61,990 nucleotides of DNA from Akkermansia muciniphila. GTDB lineage: Bacteria > Verrucomicrobiota > Verrucomicrobiia > Verrucomicrobiales > Akkermansiaceae. The position numbers and the translations under genes are program-made. A model generated the notes under the pieces. It ran no database searches. It worked only from the letters and a program-made list of their open reading frames with translations, and was not told where the DNA came from. The stretch is from NCBI GenBank assembly GCA_945862285.1, contig CAMAYN010000001.1, forward strand, positions 1 to 61,990, read 5' to 3'. Shown piece by piece: positions 51,791-60,812 of this stretch. Every line of letters starts with the position of its first letter. Position 1 is the first letter of the stretch.

Positions 51791-53671
51791 TTATCCTTTC
51801 ATGCCAAATCGCCGCGCTAAGCCTTCTGGTATCGCCTCATATTGCAAAAGATTCATGCGTATATGTTGCCTTAATGCTTCTGGCTGCCATGAGTAAATCA
51901 CTGCACCTGCTAGTTCATGCACTGCCGCTTTGATGGCGGGAACGATTTTCTTAGAAAAGCGTGGTATATAAAGGAGTCCAGAATCCCCATCGAGCGAGAT
52001 CTGAAAATCCCCAACCGCAAAAGGAAACAAAACTTCCCGATGAATCATTTGTAATGCTGTCCACACTTGTTCGTGCTCGATTTCTAGCAATTTTCCCGGA
52101 GAAATACGACGGCACTTGAGGTAGGCAAAGTCGCCTTCTAATGCCTCAATTTCTTTGACGCCATTCCGCGTGGGAACGCTATATCCTTCGATTAACCTGC
52201 GCACACGCTGAGCGCAAACATCACGGCAGAGATTTTTAAGAGGCTGCTCCTTCGTCGCCTCGCTGTTCGAGACTAGGATAAACCGCCTTGCTCCACCGTC
52301 CTCCAGATTTTGCTCTAACACAGCTTGCCCCGTAGTGCCTGACCCAGCAAAGAAATCAAGAATTAGATCATCATCACTCGTTGTTTGTCGGATGAAAGAC
52401 TGAATCAAGGAAAGCGGCTTAGGGTAATCAAAGTCCTTGTTACCCATGATTTCTTGAAGCAGAGAAGTCCCATCAGATGTGCCACCGACTACGGCTATAT
52501 TTAGTCCATCTGTATCGATTTCGCTGCGTTCATTCTTCTTTAACGCTGCGGGCATAAGCCATGAAGAAAAGGGCTTCTCTGATCGCTTCACTTCACTTAA
52601 ATGGCGTTTGTAGCGTGGTTTCCCATAACCAATCTTTTTACCCACCCAGAAATCCAGTTCATGCTCCCAGAATGCCCGTTCTTCTTCATTCGCCCCTAGC
52701 CTGAGATTACGCGGTGCAGTGCCCTCTTCTACGGCGGCGCGTAATTCCTCCTTGCTCTCGTATTGTATGACCTTCTCCTCCTTCGGCCACAGCACTTTTT
52801 TTTCGGCAATAATTTGCTCCATCGTCAAACTGCGCAGTTGCTGGCCAGGCTTTAGCCTAGCTTTTGAGGAAAAGCGCCAGACGTTGTCAGGATCACAGGC
52901 ATACCACGTTTCCGTAGTGGGATTGTAGATCGGGTAAAAAGTATTAGGCCGCTGCTTGTAGTTTTTATTTTGCACCAAATTATCATTATTCCAAGCCCCC
53001 CGTGGATCATCATCATCATTGGTATAAGCGTCAGTGGATTTGACTTTACCGGCGAAGGAAAAATTCGTCTTGGCGTAGCAGAGCACATGCTCATGATCTA
53101 CGCTGCGGAAGTATTCTTTGGAGTCATTTGCCCCGCTACGCGTCCGCCAAACGAAGCTACCTACACGCCTACCCGGCATGACCTTATCAAGAAGTAATTC
53201 CAGTTTTGCCCGGCTCTCATCATTGATGCAAACCAGCATCACGCCATCGTCACGCAGCAAGTCGCGGGCGATGATGAGACGTTGGTAGAGGAACTCGATC
53301 CATGTGGAAAAACGCCATGAATCATTCTCGCCCACAAAACTGTCATTGTACACGAAATCTTTCTTTCCCGTATTATAAGGCGGATCGATCAAAATGCACT
53401 TAATCCGCCCTGCGTATGCCATGCGTAGGTAACGCAGCGCATCAAAGTTATCGCCCTCGATGATGAGATTCCGCCAGCCCTCGCTAGGTGCTTGTTGTGG
53501 CTCAGAGTGCTCCGGTAGGAAATCCAGTGCCACGAAGTCTGCATTGATGGCTTTATCTCTTTCAATTTCATTGGTTTCCCAAACTAAGCCGAAGCGTGAA
53601 GCATCGCGGCTGTCACGCGTTTCTAGAAGTCGGATTAATTCATCCTTAGTGAGGTGATCATATTGCGGCAT
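51791..53671 (-). CDS. Type III Mod-like beta-class adenine DNA methyltransferase
   Basis: NLIIEGDN, IDPPYNTG, YPKP and DFFAGSGTTG (motif IV before motif I). Confidence 0.92.
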   Translation of the reverse strand: MPQYDHLTKDELIRLLETRDSRDASRFGLVWETNEIERDKAINADFVALDFLPEHSEPQQAPSEGWRNLIIEGDNFDALRYLRMAYAGRIKCILIDPPYNTGKKDFVYNDSFVGENDSWRFSTWIEFLYQRLIIARDLLRDDGVMLVCINDESRAKLELLLDKVMPGRRVGSFVWRTRSGANDSKEYFRSVDHEHVLCYAKTNFSFAGKVKSTDAYTNDDDDPRGAWNNDNLVQNKNYKQRPNTFYPIYNPTTETWYACDPDNVWRFSSKARLKPGQQLRSLTMEQIIAEKKVLWPKEEKVIQYESKEELRAAVEEGTAPRNLRLGANEEERAFWEHELDFWVGKKIGYGKPRYKRHLSEVKRSEKPFSSWLMPAALKKNERSEIDTDGLNIAVVGGTSDGTSLLQEIMGNKDFDYPKPLSLIQSFIRQTTSDDDLILDFFAGSGTTGQAVLEQNLEDGGARRFILVSNSEATKEQPLKNLCRDVCAQRVRRLIEGYSVPTRNGVKEIEALEGDFAYLKCRRISPGKLLEIEHEQVWTALQMIHREVLFPFAVGDFQISLDGDSGLLYIPRFSKKIVPAIKAAVHELAGAVIYSWQPEALRQHIRMNLLQYEAIPEGLARRFGMKG

Positions 53672-53828
53672 GGTAGCGGAAGGAACAGGAATTTGGTAAA
53701 TCGACAGATTCTACCGCGTTTCCGCATGCATTCCTCTGCCTTGTCGTTAGCGGGAAAATGCTAGTCAGCCATCGTAATCAAGTCAATGAGTGAATACGCA
53801 ACTCGGAAACTCCATCGATGAGGGTAGG

Positions 53829-54050
53829 GAACTCGGAAATTGAGGTTGAAGAATTCGGAAGTTGGGATTGTGCAACCCAAAAGTCGGAGTTAGGGGCCTT
53901 GAAAGTCGAGGTTGAGGAACTCGAAAGTTGGAGTTGAGGAACTCGGAAATTGGGGTTGAGGAACTCGGAAGTCGAAGTTAAGTGAACCGGAAGTCGAAGT
54001 TAAGTGAACCGGAAGCTTGGGTTAGGGAACTCCAAGGCTGAAGGTGAAGA
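53829..54050. repeat. Degenerate tandem array of ~10 x 22 bp
   Basis: Unit ~GAACTCGGAAGTTGAGGTTGAG at 53829, 53851, 53873 ... 54027; the period is not a multiple of 3. Confidence 0.85.
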
Positions 54051-54056
54051 ACGTGA

Positions 54057-54125
54057 GTAGCGGAGGTATCTTGCCTCCCTGCCTATTTTTTTCAGACGGC
54101 TGGGAGGCGAGGACACCTCCGCCAC
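54057..54125. repeat. REP-like inverted doublet (REPIN-like)
   Basis: GTAGCGGAGGTATCTTGCCTCCCTGCC and an inverted GGCTGGGAGGCGAGGACACCTCCGCCAC; each arm is GT(A/G)G plus an internal palindrome. Confidence 0.75.
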
Positions 54126-54264
54126 GGGTCAAATTCGCTTAGGAGTGTGAGGAGTGATTGAGGATACAGTATAACTTCGTTTTTACGTAGCGCATTATGC
54201 GCATATCATTTTGGCGAGAAGTTTCCTAGTAACAAGCGAGTAAAAATTTCGCATTTCGTGGACA

Positions 54265-54873
54265 TTAGATGCGCTTGTTGGCGTAGCGATTGCTAAATGC
54301 TTTTGGCGCTGCTTGATTTCTTTTCCACTCGATACCCATTTTTATCGTCGAACCCACGCGGACGCTTTTGCGTTGCCAAGAAATGGATTGACTTGGATTT
54401 CCAGATCCGTAGGCAGACACTTTCCCCGCGAGAGCATAGCCCGTTGCGAGCAGCGAGCGAGCATTCCCTACAGGGATTCCGTATTGATAAACCCAATCAC
54501 CACCACTCTTACCATCGGTTGTCGGCATGAGAGTCAGCACATCGTATGCGTAGCCATCGGTATAAACGGACATTTCCGTCGAAGTGAGAGTGACATACCC
54601 AATAATATCTTTGCCGTTATTAGGACGATTGCCCAGCAATCCTGCATTTGCACTTTGATTGGAAGATTGGTTCGCGCCAATCGTCATGGCTGACTGATTC
54701 AGCAAGCTTTGCGCTAACCCGTAATCTTTCTTGCCAGCGGCACCCAATCCAGCACCAGCCAGAAAAACACCAGCAAGGTTTTGAGAAGTCATTCCATTGC
54801 TTCCCGTTGTAGTTGGGCCGCAGCTAGATAGAAGCAATGTGATAATCAGAAGTAGTTTGATGCGATTTTTCAT
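54265..54873 (-). CDS. Hypothetical lipoprotein
   Basis: MKNRIKLLLIITLLLSSC lipobox and a glycine-zipper-like LAGAGLGAAG. Confidence 0.7.
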   Translation of the reverse strand: MKNRIKLLLIITLLLSSCGPTTTGSNGMTSQNLAGVFLAGAGLGAAGKKDYGLAQSLLNQSAMTIGANQSSNQSANAGLLGNRPNNGKDIIGYVTLTSTEMSVYTDGYAYDVLTLMPTTDGKSGGDWVYQYGIPVGNARSLLATGYALAGKVSAYGSGNPSQSISWQRKSVRVGSTIKMGIEWKRNQAAPKAFSNRYANKRI

Positions 54874-55002
54874 AATGATAATGATATAGACTTGATTGTA
54901 GTTACGCTTATTACCGCGTGTCAAAAACTGAGAATTTTCGTGTCTTTTGTCAAAAGAATTTCATTTTAGCACGCGAGCTTGAGCATTTGGCAAGAGCTAC
55001 TT

Positions 55003-55053
55003 TCGCCTCCCTGTCCATTGTTTTAAGAAGACTGGGAGGCGAGGATCAAATTC
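55003..55053. repeat. Truncated second copy of the REP doublet plus flank
   Basis: TCGCCTCCCTGTC...GACTGGGAGGCGAGGA-TCAAATTC matches 54098-54136 with an internal 15-nt deletion. Confidence 0.65.
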
Positions 55054-55054
55054 A

Positions 55055-55522
55055 TCAAGGTATGGGCGGCGTTACGGGATCGGCGGTTTTGCGGGTAAAG
55101 CGTTTGCCCAGTTCACCCATAAGTCCATCCAGTCCGCCTGTGTCGCCAAAGCGTTTCGCTGCTGCGTAATGGACTAGCGCGGCGACGTAGAGATCACTGC
55201 CGATGAGTAGCAGGGTATCGTCCAAAAGTTCTTGCAGTTTGGAGGTCTTTTGCAGCATGGGAAGCAGAGCATCATACAGGGCGAGGTCGCTCTTGAATTC
55301 GGCGGCATCAAAGGCTCCGGGCAGATAGTCAGAGCCATCTTGCGCCATCTCTACGGATTTGCGGACAAAGGCGACTGATTTATCCCCCATCTTCGGCAAC
55401 TCCTGCCGCTCTTCCGGCGTAAGATCTACTAAAAATGGTAGCTTGGTGGTGATAGTATTAAGGGCATCAAGCACGGCCTGGCGGTCGGCTTCCGACAATG
55501 TAGCTGTAATACGATTTTACAT
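55055..55522 (-). pseudogene. Paralog 2 of the ~155-aa helical protein, with TAA at codon 2 (may still be translated from TTG 55498)
   Basis: ATG TAA AAT CGT ATT ACA GCT ACA TTG = M*NRITATL aligns with paralog 1 NRISATL; the rest of the ORF is intact. Confidence 0.6.
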
Positions 55523-55779
55523 GGCGCTTAAGAACTAGCAGAAATTCTGTGCCATGTCAGCAGCCTAGTTCAGATTTTTTTACCGCGCCGCATTTAATTC
55601 CTAGCGACGGCGAGGCAAATGGTGAAATCGGAGGGGCGAATGGTGAGATCACCAGTGCAAAAGAAGTTTTTTCTACGATCTTGCAACATTTTCGAAATCA
55701 GAGCTAAGATTTATCGAAATTTTACGTTAAGGTTCACCAACTTTATGAAAAGCAGTAATAGCAATCGACTAGAAATGGC

Positions 55780-56388
55780 ATGAGTTCTTCCGATAGTATC
55801 GCCTCGTCTCTTAACGAAGTTTTCGCCATGGCCGATAGCGTGCCAGAAAATGAAGTATTGCTATGTCTTGGAGGTATTGATGCGCAGTGCATGGCGCGGG
55901 TGGCGGCGGGTGATCATCGTGCGTTTGAGGAAATCGTGATACGCCATCAAAAAATGTTACTGAACTTTTTTGCCCGCATGGGCGCTCAATCAGAATGTGA
56001 GGATCTTGTGCAAAATACTTTCATTCAGTTGTATCAATACCGTGACCGCTACCAAGCTACAGCGAAGTTCACCACTTTTCTTCATGTTTTGGCGTATCGT
56101 GTGTGGGCAGATCTTGGTCGCAAAAAGATGCGGCGCGAGAAGTTGGCAGTCTTCCTGCGGGTGGCGGCGGAGACGACAGAAACCGCGAGCGAGGAACCAG
56201 AATCCGGCATGGATGTGCAAGCCGCACTGGACAAGCTTTCCCCAAAGCTCCGTGAAGTGGTGGTGCTGCATTTTTACCAAGGTTTACCCTATCAGGAAAT
56301 CGCCGATGTTTTAAAAATCCCACTCGGTACCGTGAAATCCCGTCTCAATCTCGCTATCAACGCCCTACGTGAAATCTTCCATGAATAA
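55780..56388 (+). CDS. ECF-type RNA polymerase sigma factor
   Basis: GDHRAFEEIV, EDLVQNTF, F.TFL and YQEIADVLKIPLGTVKSRL. Confidence 0.92.
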   Translation: MSSSDSIASSLNEVFAMADSVPENEVLLCLGGIDAQCMARVAAGDHRAFEEIVIRHQKMLLNFFARMGAQSECEDLVQNTFIQLYQYRDRYQATAKFTTFLHVLAYRVWADLGRKKMRREKLAVFLRVAAETTETASEEPESGMDVQAALDKLSPKLREVVVLHFYQGLPYQEIADVLKIPLGTVKSRLNLAINALREIFHE

Positions 56389-57442
56389 ACAATTTTCCCA
56401 CGACTCGAAGCTGTTGGACGAGCCATCGGCGCAAGATTTGCTTTGGCTGAAAGATCGACTGGCTCATGTCCCCGAAGTGACACCGAGTGCCGATCTTACG
56501 CAACGTGTGATGTCCGCCGTGCGCCATGAACAGGTGCGTGAGGTGCGCTACCGATGGTTCCAAGGTGCGGCTGCGGCGATGTTGCTGATCGGGGTTTCCG
56601 TATGGGGTATTTCTTCGATGATTCCGCGTCCGGGGTCAGCCATTGCCACGCAAGCCACAACGCTGCCAGAGCAAATGACAGATAGCGGTGTGCAGGATGC
56701 GTTGGAATGGTTTTGCCGCAATCAAGAACAGGATGGCTCATGGAGTCCGGCGCGATGGGGGGGAGATCCGCGGTTTGAAGTGGCGTTGACGGCACTGCCT
56801 TTGTTGGCACTTCGCTCTGCCGAGGGCGAGAAAACACCACGCCAGCAAGAAGTAGCGGATAACGCCAAAGCGTATTTGTTGAGTCATTGTGATGAAAATG
56901 GTCGCATCGGTCCCGCCTTTCACGGTTCTTCTTATACCCAAGGCATTGCTACCTTGGCACTGTTATTTTGCTATCAACAGCAACCGGATGAGGAGCTGAA
57001 ACGAGTCTTACAACTGGCCTTAGAGGTAATCGTTTGCCAACAGCAACCTTATGGCTCGTGGACTATGGCGGATGCCGCGCAGCCGAATGTCATCGCCACT
57101 CTTTGGCAAAGGGAGGCGATCAAAGTCGCATCCGATTTAGGGCTGGGCGATGTGTTGCCGCACATTGACCAGAGTGCGAAATGGTTGAATGCTACTTCCG
57201 TACCCGATGCCTTCAAGGTAACGCAACAAACAGATTTTTTTAGGATCTATCTCGCCTCGACGCAACTTCGCGAAAGTGGCGAAGCGGCAGCGCTTGAGCA
57301 ACTGATTTCGATCAGAAAAACCTTGCTCGCAAAGCAAATCCACCAGGGGGAAGATTCTGGTAGTTGGTCGCCCGATGATCGATGGTCTTCCGTGGGTGGC
57401 AGGCTCTACAGTACGGCGATGGCATCGTTAGCATTACGGTGA
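56381..57442 (+). CDS. Putative membrane anti-sigma factor with an extracytoplasmic prenyltransferase/squalene-cyclase-like repeat domain
   Basis: Overlaps the sigma gene; short N-terminal domain, one TM, then QxxDGSW repeats (NQEQDGSW, QQPYGSW, SGSW) and GGRLYSTAMA. Confidence 0.7.
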   Translation: MNKQFSHDSKLLDEPSAQDLLWLKDRLAHVPEVTPSADLTQRVMSAVRHEQVREVRYRWFQGAAAAMLLIGVSVWGISSMIPRPGSAIATQATTLPEQMTDSGVQDALEWFCRNQEQDGSWSPARWGGDPRFEVALTALPLLALRSAEGEKTPRQQEVADNAKAYLLSHCDENGRIGPAFHGSSYTQGIATLALLFCYQQQPDEELKRVLQLALEVIVCQQQPYGSWTMADAAQPNVIATLWQREAIKVASDLGLGDVLPHIDQSAKWLNATSVPDAFKVTQQTDFFRIYLASTQLRESGEAAALEQLISIRKTLLAKQIHQGEDSGSWSPDDRWSSVGGRLYSTAMASLALR

Positions 57443-57545
57443 AAATTTTTATTTTTCCACTGAACCAGATCGCCACTAACGACGATTGATTGTTTGATCG
57501 GACGAAATCGACTCCGGTTTTTCACATCACATTTCAAAATCGATT

Positions 57546-59693
57546 ATGCCAAATCTACGTAATTCCCTACTTCGCACCGCCAGCACCATGTCGGTTTTTT
57601 TGTCACTTGTGCCTTTGTTGAGTGAGGCCCAGGATTTGCTCAATCCCCTGATCGTCACGGCGACACGTTCGGAAGATGAAAAAGTTCCTTACACGGTGGA
57701 AAAAATATCTCAGCAATTGATGCGCGATCAAGCACGTCGCACGATACCTGAAGCACTACAATTTACTCCCGGGGTTCTTGTGCAGAAAACTACGCATGGT
57801 CATGGATCTCCATTTATTCGCGGATTCACGGGCAGACAAAATCTTTTGCTTATTGATGGAGTGCGGATGAATAACTCCACTTGGCGCAGTGGTCCCGTAC
57901 AGTACTGGAATACGGTGGATCCATTTTCGATAGAAAGCCTCGAACTGATCAAAAGCCAAGGTTCGGTCATTTTCGGATCTGATGCCATTGGTGGCACATT
58001 GAATGCCGTGACGCGTTCATCAAATTTCATGGATCAAACTCAGGGTCAGCTTTTCGCTCACGGAAATGCGTTTTATGAATATCGCACGAGTGGAGAAGGC
58101 AGTCACGTAGGGCGCCTAGAAAGCAGTGTGGGTGTGGGTGGTGAGTATGGCTTGCACGTTGGCGTAACAGAAAAAGATTTTGGTGATATTGAGGATTCTG
58201 CCGTGGGGCGCATGCGTGGAACGGGCTATGAGGATCGCGCGCTTGATTTGCGTTTCGATAGTAAACTTGGACAAGACACAATGCTGACCGTGGCGAGCCA
58301 GTATGTGGATCAAGATGGAATTTCTCGCTGGCATAGGACAACAAACAATCCAGGCTGGAATCATGATGGTCACGTAGCTGCACCTGGTGCATGGCTGAGC
58401 AATTTGTATGATCAAGAAAGATCATTAACTTACGCTCGCATCCAACAAGAAAACGCAGAAAAAAATGCGCTGCTGAGTAAGTGGGCACTGACATTTTCCT
58501 ATCAAAAGTCCCACGATAGCGAGCTGCAAGATCGTCGCGCAAACAGCGCAGCGGCCTATACATCTACGGCATTTTTGCAGACACAATATGCTATCGTGGA
58601 TACTTACGGCATCGATCTCTCGCTCGAATCAAAATTAGGTTTAGGTGAATTGGTTTATGGAGTGGATTATTATCACGATGAAGTGGATTCTGAAGGGCGT
58701 AGAAGAACATCAAATGCAGGAACATTAGCCGACCGCCCCGCCTCGCGTCCCGTTGCCGATGATGCGACGTACGATTTACTCGGGGCCTATGCGAATTACA
58801 CATTCAAGCCCGTGAATCGTGTGCAAGTCTCAGCCGGCACTCGGTTCACCTACGCGGAAGCAGAATGGGGAAAATACCGTCCGAGCGGTGCTACTGCAGA
58901 CATTGCTGGCAGTAATTCGTGGACGGATTTATCCTCCAGTTTACGTGCGAGTGTGGACATAGCGGATGACTGGATCGCTTACGGCTCGGTGTCACAAAGT
59001 TTCCGCTCTCCGAATTTAGCCGACCTCACAGGTAGCGGCACAACATCGAGCGGGCTTAGCACTTCTGGTTCGCCAAACGTCGATCCTGAAAAGTTTGTCA
59101 CTTACGAAATCGGGACCAGAGGGCGAGTCACGGATCAGATGCAAATCCAAGCTGCAGTTTTTCATACTGCGAGCACGGATGGTGCCATTTCCTCCTACAG
59201 CGTGGGAACGAATACCTTTACTGTCAATGGAACAGATAGCTCAATTTATGGCATAGAAGCAGAGGCCGTCTATGACATCGATGATCACTGGACAGCGCGT
59301 GGCTTCGTGACTTGGCAGGAAGGAAAAGATGACGTGATCAACCGCACTCCGCCGGGAGAGCGTTGGATTGATCGAATGATGCCATTTAGCGGTTCTGCGG
59401 CTCTTCGATATACTGCCAGTGACACGAAGTGGTGGGTGGAAGGTCGCTTGACTGGGGCGGTAGATGCAGATCGTATTCATCCAGCAAATCAAGTCATCGA
59501 CAACCAGCGTATCCCCACCAACGGCACACCCGCTTACCTAGTGCCTGCCATTTATGCAGGCTACCGGGTTTCAGAAAACCTAGGACTGAATTTGGCCTTC
59601 GAGAACCTCAGCGATACGGATCATCGCATCCATGGCTCGGGGCAAAACGAACCAGGCTTTCAGGCGATTGTTGGGCTTCGCGCGAGTTGGTAA
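57546..59693 (+). CDS. TonB-dependent outer-membrane receptor
   Basis: Signal peptide, TonB box LIVTATR, plug (PGV, IRG, LIDGV, IESLELIK..GS..FGSDAIGG), ENL.D and a terminal W. Confidence 0.93.
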   Translation: MPNLRNSLLRTASTMSVFLSLVPLLSEAQDLLNPLIVTATRSEDEKVPYTVEKISQQLMRDQARRTIPEALQFTPGVLVQKTTHGHGSPFIRGFTGRQNLLLIDGVRMNNSTWRSGPVQYWNTVDPFSIESLELIKSQGSVIFGSDAIGGTLNAVTRSSNFMDQTQGQLFAHGNAFYEYRTSGEGSHVGRLESSVGVGGEYGLHVGVTEKDFGDIEDSAVGRMRGTGYEDRALDLRFDSKLGQDTMLTVASQYVDQDGISRWHRTTNNPGWNHDGHVAAPGAWLSNLYDQERSLTYARIQQENAEKNALLSKWALTFSYQKSHDSELQDRRANSAAAYTSTAFLQTQYAIVDTYGIDLSLESKLGLGELVYGVDYYHDEVDSEGRRRTSNAGTLADRPASRPVADDATYDLLGAYANYTFKPVNRVQVSAGTRFTYAEAEWGKYRPSGATADIAGSNSWTDLSSSLRASVDIADDWIAYGSVSQSFRSPNLADLTGSGTTSSGLSTSGSPNVDPEKFVTYEIGTRGRVTDQMQIQAAVFHTASTDGAISSYSVGTNTFTVNGTDSSIYGIEAEAVYDIDDHWTARGFVTWQEGKDDVINRTPPGERWIDRMMPFSGSAALRYTASDTKWWVEGRLTGAVDADRIHPANQVIDNQRIPTNGTPAYLVPAIYAGYRVSENLGLNLAFENLSDTDHRIHGSGQNEPGFQAIVGLRASW

Positions 59694-59816
59694 ATTTGGG
59701 GGTAGTGGCATTTCCGCCAAATCGAATCAGCGATACTTGCCGACTTCTTGGCGCATGGAAAATGTTTTGCGATTTCTACTTGCTGCAACGTCAGATGCGC
59801 TTACTCTCATCGACAA

Positions 59817-60806
59817 ATGAAAACAATATTCGATGTTTTTCCTGATGGCAGCACGGCGCGCAAGGGCACTTTCCCCACGCGGATTGTCTTTTACGCGATT
59901 GTGTTATTGCTGGTGTTCATTGGTGGCTTGACGAGTTTTTATACAGTAAATACCGAATACGTTGCAGTAGTGCAACGCTTTGGACGCTATCACAGCACGA
60001 AACCGCCGGGACTTCATTGGAAGATTCCCTTCGGCATTGACCGCGTTACCTCTGTGCCCATTTTACGGCAACTCAAGCTTGAGTTTGGCTACAACACCTC
60101 TGGATCGACGAATGAATACCAACGCAGTGAAAAACCCGAGTTGGAGCGTAGCATGGTCACCGGTGATTTGAATGCCGCAGAAGTGGAGTGGGTAGTACAG
60201 TATGGGATTTCTGATCCAGTGGCTTATCTTTTCCATGTCCATGAGCCGGAAATTACCCTGCGCGATGTAGCGGAAAGTGTGATGAATGAAGTCGTCGGCG
60301 ATCGCACCATTGATGAAGTCCTCACTTACGGACGCGCCGAGATCGAAATCGACGGACTGGCGAAACTCAAAGCAGCCATGGAGCAACTCAGTATGGGACT
60401 CCGAATCGAGCAAATCCAATTGAAAAATGTTCATCCACCACGGGCGATTCAAAGCTCCTTCGATGAAGTAAATCGCGCCCAACAAGCCCGCGAAGAACGC
60501 ATCAACATCGCCAATGGAGAATACAACAAAGTCATTCCCAAAGCGCGCGGTCTGGCTGACCAAATGATTTCAACAGCAGAGGGATATGCCCTACAGCGTG
60601 TCAACGAAGCGCAAGGAGATGTCGCACGTTTTCGTGAATTGCTGACACAATACGAGAAAGCACCGCAAGTCACCAAACAACGACTCTACCTTGAAACCAT
60701 GAATGAGGTGCTACCGAAGCTCGGAAACAAAGTCATCATCGACGAAGATGCTCAGCAATTTTTACCTCTCCTCAACTTACAACAAACCCCTAACACCCAA
60801 CGCTGA
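59817..60806 (+). CDS. hflK: FtsH protease modulator HflK
   Basis: TM plus SPFH domain: VVQRFG, PGLHWKIPF, TGDLN, AEGYA and RLYLET. Confidence 0.9.
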   Translation: MKTIFDVFPDGSTARKGTFPTRIVFYAIVLLLVFIGGLTSFYTVNTEYVAVVQRFGRYHSTKPPGLHWKIPFGIDRVTSVPILRQLKLEFGYNTSGSTNEYQRSEKPELERSMVTGDLNAAEVEWVVQYGISDPVAYLFHVHEPEITLRDVAESVMNEVVGDRTIDEVLTYGRAEIEIDGLAKLKAAMEQLSMGLRIEQIQLKNVHPPRAIQSSFDEVNRAQQAREERINIANGEYNKVIPKARGLADQMISTAEGYALQRVNEAQGDVARFRELLTQYEKAPQVTKQRLYLETMNEVLPKLGNKVIIDEDAQQFLPLLNLQQTPNTQR

Positions 60807-60812
60807 TCTTTT

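Noticed and set aside
15796..54050. CRISPR interpretation of the three arrays
   Set aside because: Units are head-to-tail without unique spacers, and no cas genes are present.
54166..54206. dif-like (TGCGCATAATG on the minus strand) or loxP-like (ATAACTTCGT) site
   Set aside because: Only one arm matches in each case; the spacing and second arm are wrong, and no tyrosine recombinase is nearby.
54057..55053. Integron attC cassette around the lipoprotein gene
   Set aside because: The flanks are REP-like palindromes without RYYYAAC/GTTRRRY core sites, and no intI is present.
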